64,000 nt of DNA from Ramazzottius varieornatus (Eukaryota; Animalia; Tardigrada): NCBI GenBank assembly GCA_001949185.1, contig BDGG01000010.1:815773-879772 (forward strand). The letters run 5' to 3'. Made by a program: the position numbers and the translations under genes. Within the stretch, counting starts at the first letter, position 1. Every line of letters starts with the position of its first letter. The notes below the pieces were generated by a model that worked only from the letters and a program-made list of their open reading frames with translations, was not told where the DNA came from and did no database searches. Positions 11,601-30,925 of this stretch are shown piece by piece.

Positions 11601-14600
11601 GCGGTAAGCTGTAGGGCAAAAAGGCAGCCAAGGACTTTGATTGCATCCATTAACTTGAAGGTCATTGATTCGTTAGCCAGCCTTTCGCCGCCATCATTGC
11701 ACATCAGTATTACTCTATGCACTTTCTAGAATATTGTACCACCGGTTAAACCGTTGTCTGAGGCGTCGCCATCCACGCATTGTATCGAAGTTCAAGACTT
11801 GACCGATGTTAACAAATACACTATGGCCGACGAGGTTTCACTGTGCGGCAGCATACTGTATCCAGTAGCGGGAGACGTAGAAGCATGCCGCTGCGGGTCC
11901 TGTATTTGTGTAAGAACCTGGCAAAATCTCGTACTGCTGGCCGTGTACGAGAAGCTCAGAGCAGAAGAAGGACGAGCTAGGCTGGAGTTGCGTGGCCGAA
12001 ATCAACCATCTAGATTTCCATAACGGGCGAAGACCGCATTAATTTTTTTGATTTCTCTCAGTCACTTGTCAGTTTCTCCGGTCGGTTTTGCGAGCCGATA
12101 TCGATTGACCGTTAACAAGCCTTCGAGGTGCAATTATGGGCATACTCCAGCCAACTTCGTCGCACATTGATAGGCAGAGGATGCTTTGTGCCGACGGCTA
12201 TTTCCTTCTTACATGACATGACAAATCTTTCTCACGCAAGCCAGGCGGACTTTGGCACTGGACTTTTATTGTGGCGGACTGGGAGGGTACGCGTCAGTCT
12301 TTTGACCTGGGGATTATCGTTGTGTATCCACATGTCAGCTGGGTGCGACATCAATTTAAAGTGGGACTTTTCTCCTCTCATCACGCTTTTCGGTCGTTTT
12401 CCCCGAAAACATATATCTTCCCCGCATAGAACTCAACATGTCCGAACGCAAACGCTTGATTACGGCTATGTATAGAAAACAGTCGCTCTGAACTCTAGAC
12501 TACGTTCTCCGACCGACCTTCGATTACCCCGACTGAGCTGAGGTCAAAAGTTACTGGTTTGGAGAGCTGCGACGATTTCTAGGGGAAGACGTCCACTGCT
12601 TCCGTGCTGCTTAGTTTTAAGGAGCACACTGGTCTGAGCTGAGGTCAAAAGTGGGGGGGGGCTGATTTCTTTGAATGAACGAGAGCTAAAAACGAGACGC
12701 ACGGTACTAAAAGTAGCCAAATCACTTCTGACGTGCGCAACTTTTTACTCCAGTGACAACAAATCGCAGTGTTAGCATTCAATTAACTTGTATGTCGCTC
12801 TCCCGCTTTGACACGAAAAGACATCTTTGCCGCTTTGGTATGTTCCCTAATTATATTTTTCCCCCATATGTTCTGTCTAAGTTTAGCCGTCATCCTTCCA
12901 GCTGGATATGACGCACGTCGCCCATGTGCAAAATACAACAGACTTTATCTTACCACTGTGACTTGTTTTCTTTGAAAACAGTTACCCAAGAGCATCAGCC
13001 ATAAAAATATTTGGCCGTCAGTTGTTACCATAATAAGCCTTCCAAATAGGCATTTCTATTAAGCCTTCTTTACCAGACGCGCACCCGCTTTATAAAATTT
13101 TCGTAATCTGTTTTGCTTCCTAATAAACATGATGGTTGTATCGAAAGATGATGGTCTATACTGTCGCTTTGACATACGAGGGGTTCCCAGTAATAATATG
13201 TCAATCACGGAACTGAAGGCATGGCCTTCCTTACAGATGTACTACTGTACATCCGTGGTTTCTGCTGTAAAATTTGATGTGGTGGCGGAAGAGGGCGTGG
13301 CTGGTTGGGAAATCTTATCCATCACGGACCATTACTGCAGCTAATGGTTTTCCCACTTTACATGTAATCTTCTGCAAGCCAATTAATCTTGGTTTGGCCA
13401 GCGAACAGCTCATATCTGCATGTGTTCTTTCTGTACAACAAACGCTCACTTTGATTTGCACAGTAGAGCAAAAGTACTTTGACGTGGTAATTCCTGAGAT
13501 CAGAAGACGTGGAGAAGAACAACGCTGACGCTTTTCCGAGTGCTGGTCTCCGTTGTTCGGCGACCTTTACTGCATCTGCCGGAAGAGTAATTCTGAGCCT
13601 TGGTAGGAAACTCGTAGGAAATTAGTCGCATCTGTCAATTTGACGAGAGAACCGACTCGGAAGTTCAATCAACCGAAAAATTCTATTGTGGATGCAGAAA
13701 TTGCCGTCTATGACTGTGTGAAGCACCGATCGATGTCAAATCTTTTTAGAGTGTAACGATGGGCTGTATTCAGTTGCGATTTGATCAAGTCTGATTAGGG
13801 GAAGGCTTGTAGGGGAATAGGAGATGGAAAGTGGTTGGCCAAGCCGCAACATCCGTATGGGCAGCATCGCCCAAGCGAGCATGCTGATGGTGCATTATGC
13901 AGTCGTTAAAAGAGCAACTTAATTTTTGGCCACTCTTTGAGCTAGATTGAAATGCAACAGGACATGCACGATTGCCCCAAACGATAAGGGTACCATGACG
14001 TCATTCAAATCTCTTTCGCATCCTTTATCTAGATCCCTGGATCAGCCATGGCAATCGACCATGCAACGTTCTCTCTGATATTCTCATCCCCGTAACTGAG
14101 AAACCAACTAGTCGCTACTACCGGCTGAAAAGCGCAGCAAGGTATGTTCACTGGTCCTGGAAGGTTTCTGGGGTTTTCAGGTAACCTGCTCGGCCGTTTC
14201 AGCATGAACATGCCAAGGATTCAACCAATCAAAGACTCGCACTAGATATCATGCTGCATAGCTCAGCAGTTGCTACTGTTAGTAATGGACCCAAATCTAA
14301 CCTGTACGTTGCAAGTGACGAGCCCCGGATAAAAATCAACAGTGCGAATATTACTGTAAATAAATAAAGGTTGTTTAAAGTCTTAAAGGGCGAAAGGGTT
14401 TTGATGCGAAGCAATTAGAGGAGCCGAAGTAAAGGCACTTTAGTCAAGTACCGTATATATCATCAACGCCGGAGGCAAAGCATATGGCCATAATCTGGTC
14501 ATGGCTGGCGCATCCTCCATCTCTCCAAGGACTTTATTCATGGGCCATTGAAGCAGGGCGGTTCAAGCTGGCTCCCCGAGATGCATACTTTGACGAGGGC

Positions 14601-17600
14601 TGCAGTGCAATCGAGGCCAAATTGAAAATGCATTGGTGATGAACTTCACGTCAGATTTCTTGATGAGAAGGCGCGAGCAACGAAAAGGCGAATTGCTCGA
14701 TAGTCTCGATTAAGTTTTCTGTAGATTTTTATAGTGTGATATCAGATGGATGAACGGAATATTTTGTCCGGTTCATTCATCAATCCATTGATTTCTTCTT
14801 GGCATATCTCGGTGTTGTTTAGCTTGATAGGCATTTAGAGAGCCTAGGCTGCGTGCTGACAATGAAGTTCCCTGGAGTCGAGTTACCAAAGATCCAAATG
14901 GGTACGCTAGAATGTTCGCTGTCTGCAACGATTTTCATCCTTTCGATCCACGCTTCAAGCGGTTCTTCGAACAAGCTGCGACAAGTTTAGACGCCCTTTG
15001 GCAAATTCATGCTGCGTGGTCTCGCTCGACTGCCATCTCTTGATACGTCGCTGAAATTCCAGTGCGCCCACAATTCTCCATACAGAAAACTTGAATTGCC
15101 AAGATTCTGAGAGCGGAATCTCCCAACAAAAACTTGAATCAAAAACAAAAACGGTCTCGTTGGCGAAAAAAACTATTTTCGGGAAAGAGTTTGTGCGTGT
15201 TTCTTCTACGCGTGACAGTAGATCCGTCTTCTTCAATGTTGAGAATAATGGAAGAACTCAGGCAATCGAGAAACCTGCAAGAAACAGACGGATGATGAAA
15301 GAAAAGGCCATCAGTCAATTATTTTTAAGCTACACGCATTTCCGTTCGTAAATATACGTCGCTAAGGTTCGTGGCTGAATTGGCTTTCGAGAAGAAGGCC
15401 TGGCTGGGAGGGCGAAGCGTCTTGTGCACTCGTTTCGATCACAATACTGGCTTTGTTGCTCCTTCCGGTGTTTTGGACAGTTGTGAGGAGCTTTGATGGA
15501 TTGTAAAGGATAGAGGGCTGGGAAAAACAAGTACGCGACCAAGGACCGCAACGAAGCACCCAGTTCCTTGAATACGAGTGTCTTCCGTTTTGGTCCTCAT
15601 GACCGAGTCGCTGTGCTTTGCGCTTACATCATGACAAGCCACTGTACCAGTCGACGATACCCACAAACTACTGTAGAAAACTACCAGTATTATGAAAATT
15701 TGTTGCTTCGAACGAAGAAGTATCTAGCGGTCTCTTGCTCGATAGCTCGGGACCAACTTATTTTAATCCTAAGCCTACTCGGCTGAGGCCAGTGACGGGA
15801 TGGTGGGTGGGGGCGTAGGAGCTGAGTGATTCCTTTTTATCTTCCCTTTTTCGTGGGAATCTCGTTTCCTACGAGGAATCTGAGGCCGATCCCTGCAAGA
15901 CTTTTGTTGAGAAGCTTATTTTGCGTAGTATTATCCGATTTGATCCCGTATAGCGTTACACTATTGAAGATTTGTCCTCGTATGTCTTAAACAACAAATA
16001 AACATCAGATTAAACATTAGAAATCGCGAAAACGAAGGAATCTGTAACTATTACAGATAAAAATTCACAGATATTGAAGTTCGGTTCTCAATGGTCTTTG
16101 TTCATTTGTTCCAGGTTACGGTCACATCACGCCGAAAACAATTGCTGGAAAACTAGGAACCATGCTGTACGCCATCATAGGAATACCGCTGATGCTGCTC
16201 TGGTATGTTTCTGCATTCTTGATTTTTTCTTTTTCGCTAAATCAGGAAGAAGAATTCCAAAATATCCGAGAATATTTCGCTTTCTAAAATTCGGTTGAAT
16301 GTGTTCTTTTTTAGCCTTGCAAACATCGGCGACGCTCTTGCTCATGCCTTCAAGTTTTTCTACTGGAAAATATGTTGCCTCTACTGCGAGATTAAGAAGC
16401 GTCGGAAACGCCTGATGCGAATCCAGAGCATCCGCATGTCCCGGAAATCCCAGCGGTCCAGCAACAACACCATGCTGTCCAACAACATTGCCGGCGGCAG
16501 TATACACGCGAGCTTCAAAGCGCGACCTCCATCCAGCGCCACCCTCCCTTCACAAAATGACCTCAAAGTGGGCAACACCAACACACTCATCAAAATATCA
16601 GAAGGTACGCACTGTCGTTCACCCATATTCGCCCCCGTTTTTGAACCGCGATGAATTTTCAAAGGTACGCCGACGCCCTCGCCCACCACCGATGTCGTCG
16701 ATGAAAAGTCCGTCATGCTTCTGGACTCGCCGGGCAACTCCGGTATCACAAACGAGGCCGCGACCACCAGTAACGAAGCCTCGACCGACAACAGCAGTCA
16801 AAACAACCCGTACCACTACAAAAAAGTCAATAGTCTTCAATCCAACTTCTCAATAGGGAACGAGGAGAAGAAGGGTCCACCGCTAGCGGTGGACGATGAG
16901 GACGCGGAAACGGTCGTTGACGACGACCACGACGCTGAAAAGAAGATGATGGTCCTCATCCATCCAGCGGACAGCAAGAGGAAGCTCAGTGTGTGCAACA
17001 TGCCACCTGAAACGATAGAAGGGATAGATTACGCCGATGAGAGTCCACCGCCGTCGCCCAACCAGTTATCGCCCGATGAGCAAACTGCTGTGATAATTCA
17101 CGATGTCCAGGATATGGATGACCGGCTGGGCGATTTCGAGCCGCGGTATGAGAAAGCCTCGGTCCCGGTATACGTTTGTCTGCTGGTGGTTTTTGGATAC
17201 ATTATGGGTGGATCCATATTGTTTGCGACGTGGGAAGGATGGGATCTCCTGAACGGTGCCTATTTCTGGTAGGTTTAACTGATGACGAAGCAGGAAAAAA
17301 ATGGTAGATAGATGCTCTTTGTACAAAGATAACACCGAATTTCGATGAACATTCAGTACGAGCCAATTTACAAGCCACCAAGCCCCAAGCAGAAATTTTG
17401 AAAACTCATATTTTACAGTTTTATTACGCTTACGACAATCGGATTTGGAGATTTCGTGCCGGGAGTCAGTTCCTCCGGAGCCTTCACCCATAACAGCGAG
17501 GAAAAACTTACCTTGTGTTCCCTGTACCTGGTCTTCGGGATGGCGCTGCTGGCCATGAGTTTTAACTTGGTGCAAGAGGCTGCCACGGATAAGGCTAAAT

Positions 17601-17653
17601 GGGTGGCAAGGAAGATTGGTATCCTAGCGGAGGACTCCGATGAGGATGACTGA
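8649..17653 (+). CDS. Two-pore-domain (K2P/TWIK family) potassium channel
   Basis: Exons ~8649-8795, 9367-9480, 9748-10195, 16115-16202, 16315-16603, 16665-17268, 17419-17653. M1 FLFSHIGLCGLVVAYVILGAISF; pore 1 TVITTIG|YGHITP, split by a ~5.9 kb intron; M2 YAIIGIPLML; pore 2 FITLTTIGFGDFVPG; M4 LYLVFGMALLAMSFNLVQE. Confidence 0.93.
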
Positions 17654-18119
17654 AGACTATCATACCACCTCCACCGGACAACCGGACCTCTGGTCCAGAG
17701 CTCTTTGTCAGTGAGGAGCTCCTTGCGAGATCCATGCAGGTGACAGCCGCTCAAAGAACCCATGACTTCCCAAAACGTCAGTTTCGACGACGTGTGTCCT
17801 TGGACTTGACTTTGGTCCCCGATCCCGAGAAGCCTTTGATACATAGTTTGGAATCGTAAACTGACTCAAAGCTCGTTCACCTCAGTTTCAGTTGGAGAAA
17901 AATATTGTGATCGTCGTTTTGTACAATCGAAAAGGAGCTCTGCTTCAAATGAAATAAGTCGGGTTGATTATCACTTGATTATCATAGCTTGTTTACCGGT
18001 AAAGGGACGATGATTGTTTCGTTTCTGGAGAGGCTAAGTTTCGATGAATGAACTCTGAGAAGGACAAGAAAAAGAATCGAGGGAAAAACTGCGCTAATCA
18101 AATGGCGCCAAAATATGAT

Positions 18120-21100
18120 TTAGCTGGTTACTGCTAAACTTGTAAGGTCTTTTACGCTGCCCATATTTTTGGTGAGGACGGTCTGCGTGACCATTTCTCC
18201 ATCGGTTTCTCGATCGAATTTCATATCCCGTACGTTGTAGTATATCTGTAAACGGACACGTGTAATCCAGATACAAAAAAGTGGGTCGATCGAGGGTAAG
18301 TGTACCAGGAAGTAAGGTTTACACATCGACTTACAAATACATCCAGGAAACAAGCAACTAGCTTGATGACTGCAATATACAGGTGCATCTTGAGTCGGAA
18401 AGCGTCTAAATCGTACACCAAGCACGCCCCCTTCTCTCCACATTCATCGGTGTTCCATAACTTGCATGTCGAGTCGATCAGCATGCCCATCATGATTGGG
18501 CCCGGTATGAAAGCTGTTAAGATTCGTAGAAAAATTTTGCCGAGTTGATATTCGAACGTGCTGTAGTTGGAAATTTTTTCAAAAATGAATGGCGTCATTC
18601 ATGCTTACCGAAGAGCGAAGCACAAAATGTCTGCATCCCTTTTGACAATGCCTTCAGATCGGGATCCACAATTCTAAAGAAACGAGCGAAGACATATTTT
18701 CTAAAATAGTGCTCGGAATACTGGGCACTTATGGAACTCTGTGCTCGTACCTGAATGAGAGCATGGCGCTACCGGCGAAGGGTATCATGCTCAGGAACTT
18801 GAAGCAGGCACTGATTATTACGTAGTACCACCAAGCCGAGCATCCTTCCTCGCAAAACCCGCGCTTGACAGTTGGTTGATCCAGACTTTGGAAGGGCGAC
18901 GCAGTGTTGTACAGTAGTCCAACTGGAGGTGCGGGATGTGAAGAACCCCAGGACGGCAGCGTGCTAACATTGGCCGTCAGACACCTGCACTCGGTGAAAT
19001 ACTTTGTCTATCGGACAAAGCGATTCTAAAAAATGTCCACCGTACGTTGAGATATTGCTTGTCTTACCTCGTTGATGGAAGTAAATCCCGAACATCCCGC
19101 GTGACAGGCCGAGTAATAGTTGAACTGGAGCTCCTCGTGGCATACCGGTGAGTACGGAGTCCGCTCGCAGTGGCAGCGGTTACTGCATTGAGTGTCCACT
19201 CTCAACATTCTGAAATGAAACGGTCATACGAATCGATTGTGGGAGATAAGGTATTTCTGATCTTACTGTTGTTCGTCCCAGTGGCTGACGAGGTTCCGAG
19301 CTTCGCAAGTGACCATCGCCAAGCAGAAATAGCAGGTGGCTGTCAGCATCGATGAGGCCAGTAGGCTGAGCGCCACCTGCCGTGGTTGCAGCTTGAGCTT
19401 CCTGGTTACGATCCCACCTACCGCCACCCCGAGACCCATAGCTAGGATGCTTGAAAGGCCACTGGTACGTCCCGCGGCAGCCGCGGAAAGGCGGAAATGA
19501 AACTCTATATACTTTACCGCAAAGCTAAAGTAACCTGTAACCGGGGAGAAATTCTAAAATACTGATGGCTTATAGCGGGCATCCATACTTTCAAGGTCGA
19601 ACCTGAAACCACAAGCATGTCGATGCAGTCATTTATCAAACGAGCAACGAATATCTTGTTCGTCAGCAGCCGTTTGACATCCTTTGGTCCTTCTGCAACA
19701 AAACGGTTCACAGAGTTATCGGCGTAAGGCCGAACCAGACGAGCGAGCTATTGGCTCTTACCTCCTAGCTTCTTTTTGAAGGTACGCCCAGAGTCCGACG
19801 ATAGGCTTTCATTCTTTTTCTGGATACGTAGGCGTTCGCGGCGAACAGCATCTTGCCGTGACAGCGACCTGGGAAAACACTAGAGCGACTCAATCATAAA
19901 TGCCAAGTGATGGCTTACGACAAAAACTATTTTCACGAAGGACGGGCGGTTCTCACCAGGTAGAGCATGGCTGCCATACACAAGAGGCAGCCCATAATGA
20001 CAAAGCCCAGCCACCACGCACCCATCCATCGGGGATCTGTCGAGGATATGCTCTGTGGTGTGAGGTCTACATAGGTGTCCAGACAGAAGCCGCCAAGAAG
20101 AACGCCGAAGACAGGTCCCAAGAGCCTTCCCGCAAGTCCAAGAGCTGGAAGGAAGAAACCGCGAATACATGGAACGTGGGCGAACGATTTGCACCAGATC
20201 GTTTTTCAAAGTGGCGCACTCTTCAAGCCAATAACAATTATTACATGCGTCTCTCTGGTTCAATTCATCCGCCTACGTTCCACGTCCTGGAAGAAAATAT
20301 TAATTTCGATGAGACTTACAAAAGTAAGCCGGTGCATTCTGGATCTTGACGTTATCATCAATGAACGGCATAGCCAGGACAATGGGTGCTGTAGTCCCAA
20401 TCCCCAAAAGGCTTTGAGCGAGAACCAGGAAGAAAAACGGCCAAAAATTGTCGTGACGGTTGGCGTGAGCATTGGCATCACAGTTTGTCGTTTCGTTGTT
20501 CCAACCAGCTTCTTCCGCACTCAAACAGGTCTCTGTATTCCCCTGGGTCTGCGAAGAATTGGCCACCAAGGCCGTTGAGATCACTTCTCTCCATTTCGAC
20601 GCAACCATCTCCGGCATGGCGAAGACAAGGAAGGATATACCAACGACCATACTTGCGATGGCCATGTACCGTGGTCGATGTCCCTTCCCGCAAAAGTGCG
20701 CCACAAACAAGACGGTGGATAGATGTGTGACATCGTTGACGGTGGTCAGTATGCCCGTAGTCTGACTAGAGAGCTGGAAACGCTTCTCGATGGATGAGAG
20801 CGTCATCGGCCAGTACGAGTGAAACATTCCTACGATAATTCTTTCTTTAAGTTTGCTTGCAAATTTCCTTTCTGTACACGCACGACGGGAAATTATGAGG
20901 CCAGTAAAAATTATGGGAGCAGGCGGAAAAGACGGCAAAATGGAAATTCAAACGTAGAAAAGTGTCCAAAAGTGCATTACTATGAATCGATCACGTATGT
21001 ACGTGCTTCCGTACCGCCGTAGCGAAAAGGCCTGGTCCCATAATTTGTACTAGCCCCATAATTTCTCGTCGTGCGTGTACAGTGAGAGAAAAGTGTTTGA

Positions 21101-21652
21101 TCTATGCCCTTGTGCCATGAGGCCCTTAGCGAAGGCCTCACGATCGTTTGCGGCAGATAATCGACACAGCATCTAGATTCCAGAATCTTTTCCCTGTTGA
21201 ATGTCGCTGTGCCACATGTGAATCATATACGGAGCAAACCTTCGTTCGATCGCCAGTCAAAAAACAATATAAAATTATTCGGTCGATAATCAGGAGTCTT
21301 CTGACGCACCTTGACAAATTCCGACTATGATGAAAACCACCAAGAACGATTTCATATTCTTGAACCGCTGGAGGAAGTCCGGTTTGAAGCACCATATGCC
21401 GCAACGATCCCGATCGTAACGAGACTCTTCGTGCTCGGAGACGACCATATCTTCGAAATATAGTTCCTTCGGAGACAACGAAACTTTCTCTTCTTCGAAG
21501 GGGTTCCGGGCATATGAGTGTACAGAATTATTCTCCGGTATTGCATGGCCATTTTTCGAGCGACCACCACGTTCCTCGAAATCCTCCAGGTTTTCCACTG
21601 AATCAGCGGACGGTGCTGTTGATGCGGAGAAAGGCACTGCATTAATTCTCAT
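18120..21652 (-). CDS. Solute carrier organic anion transporter (SLCO/OATP)
   Basis: OATP motifs TLSSIEKRFQLSSQTTG, GHRPRY, FIDDNVK, DPRWMGAWWLGF, Kazal-like CSNRCHCERTPYSPVC, and PGPIMMGMLIDSTCKLW...CGEKGACLVYD. ATG at 21652; last exon ends in TAA at 18120-18122. Confidence 0.93.
20171..20281. mobile_element. Palindromic MITE family A copy (SLCO intron)
   Basis: Core CCAGATCGTTTTTCAAAGTGGCGCAC...GCCAATAACAAT is shared with copies near 25408, 32283, 33012, 33960, 45674, 52968 and 61392. Inverted ends GGAACGTGGGCG / CGCCTACGTTCC. Confidence 0.7.
20877..21077. mobile_element. MITE family B (TA target duplication, CACG termini), SLCO intron
   Basis: TA|CACGCACGACGGGAAATTATG ... CATAATTTCTCGTCGTGCGTG|TA. 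A homologous second copy lies at 41840-42049. Confidence 0.88.
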
Positions 21653-22365
21653 TTCATAAAATTAGGTTAGGGCGAAGGTGGCCGCAAATTAGGCCAGAGA
21701 TCAGTTGTGGATTGAGAATTAACGTAGTATGGAAGAACGGAAACATCAAAAGACGACAGACGAGTAGAGTTACATGGTGGGACTGACAGTGTGAAACATT
21801 TCGCTGCGAAATTCCACCGTTGCGCACTTCTGCCAAGAAGCGATAACAAAGCATGGACACATCTCTTGAGACAATGCCAGCACCGCATTAGAGTCCTTTC
21901 CGTGAGATATCTTATCTTTTGACACATTCTGCTCACTTCCCTAATCAGAGCCTTTGTACAGTGCGGCAAAATGCAGAGGTCACGCCTAGGTTTTATACAA
22001 GTCTCCACAAAGTAAAATAGCTTTATTGGAACCAGCAGCTCGATCAAACTATACAATAAAGTGCGCACGAGAAAATTCGGTTACCACTGAAGTGGAAAAT
22101 TAAATCTACAAATTCTTAAACCGTTGATTCTGCGTCCACTGCCAAGAAGCTGCCGCAGAACGTACTATTTATCCGCCATTATTCATCCCAGAAACGTATC
22201 GTTCAACACCGAGTTGGAGATTATCTGTAGTCCACGAGGTACACGTTTTCCGGAGTATGGTACGCGCACAATCTCTGCCATAAATTTTCCCACATCGCTT
22301 TGTTGCGCACCTGCAAACAATGGACCAAATGGGAGTTACAACATAACATGAAAGACCTACACACC

Positions 22366-22755
22366 TTACGCCTCTTCAACGAAACAAATACGTACGGTGT
22401 GGTCAACGAAGAATAGCCGAGCGAGATAGCTCTCCAACAACCGACACGCAGTATCCAAGTCAGCTTGTGTGACACCCGCCCGAACTTTCGATGGTCCCGT
22501 CAGAGCCGCAAGAGTAGCGGAAGTAGATGCCGAAGTCGGTACTATGTCTTCACCATCACGTTTAGGAAATCGCCAGCGGTAAGCCGAGTTCCATGTGCTA
22601 GCCCGTTTTCCCGAAGATTCTGATCGCGCACTGACATCTTTACTCAGAATGCGCGTACGCCATCCCGGACTAAAGGTCAACTGGGCCTCACAATAGGTTT
22701 GCATGCACAGACACACTAACAACGAAGCAACAGCATACTGGACAATGCTGTGCAT
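22366..22755 (-). CDS. AKH/RPCH (GnRH-superfamily) neuropeptide precursor
   Basis: Signal peptide MHSIVQYAVASLLVCLCMQTYCEA is followed directly by QLTFSPGW (AKH/RPCH consensus pQ-L-x-F-S-P-x-W). A GKR comes 17 residues later, then a second KR and a Cys-containing associated peptide. Confidence 0.85.
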   Translation of the reverse strand: MHSIVQYAVASLLVCLCMQTYCEAQLTFSPGWRTRILSKDVSARSESSGKRASTWNSAYRWRFPKRDGEDIVPTSASTSATLAALTGPSKVRAGVTQADLDTACRLLESYLARLFFVDHTVRICFVEEA

Positions 22756-25032
22756 TGTGGAGTCTTTCGAGAGGTCAGAAGAGAAAGACTCAAGCAAAAC
22801 AAGAATGTGAGAGCAGCAATCTCGACCACGGCAGTGAAAAGAGAATTAAGAGACAAGAAACTAAGTTCGAGCTTACAGTAGTTCATACAGTAAATGACAG
22901 CTGGGAAGTTGGAAAATGGGGATCACGTCTGGACTTGACGTGGAGTCAATACCGGGCCTTCATGTTACGCACAGTTATTAAACAATAAGCCGCGATTCTG
23001 GAGGGATGCAATGAAAAGATAAAGCCTGGTTCGGCCCAGTTTTATACGCCGTATTCGGGGTGACGACTGCGCCGGCTCGATCGACAGACGTCGGTTGTTC
23101 TAAGAGGATTTAACTACGGTCGTGGATTTTTCGCACTACTATGACGCTCTCCCAAACTTTGAATCTTTGTTTATCCTGTAAATTTATATGACCCATGTTA
23201 AGTGGACTTCCTGCCGTATGGTGCGAATGCGGTTGACGCACGACCTCGCTGTGCAGAGCAATCGAAATGTGGTGCGCTAGTGACGGGACCTGTTCATTTG
23301 TTCTGTTAGAACTGTAAATCCCCGCAATGTATACTATTGGATGGTAATGAGACCTTTCCTAATGACCGTCCCTAATGGTGACCGTTCTCCGAACTCTGCG
23401 CCGCAGGTGCCAGCTTTACGAAGTACTCACGCGATATACCAATCAAACGACTGACGCAACCCAAGCAGAAACTTTGTATTTACAACCCAAAAGTATCTTC
23501 TTCGATTTTTCCTGTATTTCCAGATCGACTTTAGATCAGGAGACTCGGGAGGCCGGTCTACTGTACATGAACACAGACACATGCCGTAAAAATACCGGAC
23601 TGTTTCGCGGGGTCCGGGGAGGAACCGTTACTGTAGCAGTTGTCTGTGGACGGCATTCCTGCGTATGCGTGGACGACATTGCTGCAACGATTACAACAAT
23701 AAAAATCACAAACCGGCAAAGAGTAAATTTCAAATCTATTCTTGTTTCGTACGGAACCAAAAAAAGGATAAACAAGAAGGATTCTCACAATGGAATCTTC
23801 GCTCACGGCCATTATGAAATAAGCAGTACAGTGCTGTCACCTGCCGCAGATCCGCAACCCGCTTCGCTTCCGCCTAGCCTATGCGTAACAGGGCCCATCC
23901 GCCTCCGCACCGCTGTCAGCGGCCAAGCATGAGTGACGTCTAACTGTGCCAACCGCGTCTCCGTAAACCGTCTGATTCATATTTCGCTGTTGCGCTGCTT
24001 CGTCCTCCTCCAAGCCATCATCAGCAGACTAAAACAGACTTGCTCATGACAAAATTTATCTCAAATGAAGAGTACATGCCAGCCATCACGTACTTTATGA
24101 TCCTTGTTTCCATACTTGTTTGTGGACGATTATTACCTCACTTGCAGCCAAATTGTAGGCTCGGACATCGGAGTGGCCTTGATTGTTTTCCTACGAAACC
24201 AATCAACAAATCAAGTGAATTCCGGCCAGCAATTTTTGCAGAAGGATTTACATTTGCATACCGTTATCTTGCTTCGGACGACGTCCCCTCATCTGGAAAC
24301 GATACGAAACAACACAGGTAAACTACCGTGATTTTGAAGAAAATTTGGGAGAAGTGGGTACGCACTAGACGGAATCTGACAGCTGGAAAATCCATAACCA
24401 TGCCGTAGTCCATTGATTGTTGATCAGCTCTGTCCGATCCATACAGTATGCAACCGCCGTTCCGCGCTTCGCCTCGTCGGATGTTCAACCATGGAGTAAT
24501 CGATACAATTCGACAGAAACCCTATTCAGATCCGTTATTCCGACAGGAGTTGTATATCAGAGAAACTCCCGACAACAGGCAGAAAAGAGGAATGCCAAAA
24601 ACTGTTCAAAAAAGCGAAAATAAAAGCCAAACAGGCGGCTAGGCCCTTGAACTCAACTGGCACGCCCCTTTGTTCAAGTTGTAGGACCATCAAGACCTAC
24701 GTGGTAGATCCTCAGAGTAGGCGTAGGAGGCTCAGCACTGGACTTCCATCCAGCCAATTTCCTTTGTTTTCTGAGTTTTCTTGTTTTCTGTAACGCGAAA
24801 AATGTTATCGTTTGATTGCTCTGCTTCCGTTTTCGGTGCATGGCAATGAATGGCTCGTCTGCGATGATTTGACCATGTAGCCAAGCCCTTTCTGCATGAA
24901 TATTCATGTGTGTCCGATCGGACGAAGAAATTGCTTGTTGAGATTGACGGTGATTTATTGCCTTGATGAAATTATGTTTCATTTCTGTGTTTACAGACCC
25001 ATCGGTTGCTGTTGACGTTACCTTGTCCCTGA

Positions 25033-30925
<5,893 letters not shown>

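Noticed and set aside
23375-23932. 185 aa ORF between the neuropeptide gene and coronin
   Set aside because: No motif and non-coding-like composition; probably coronin 5' UTR or intron sequence.
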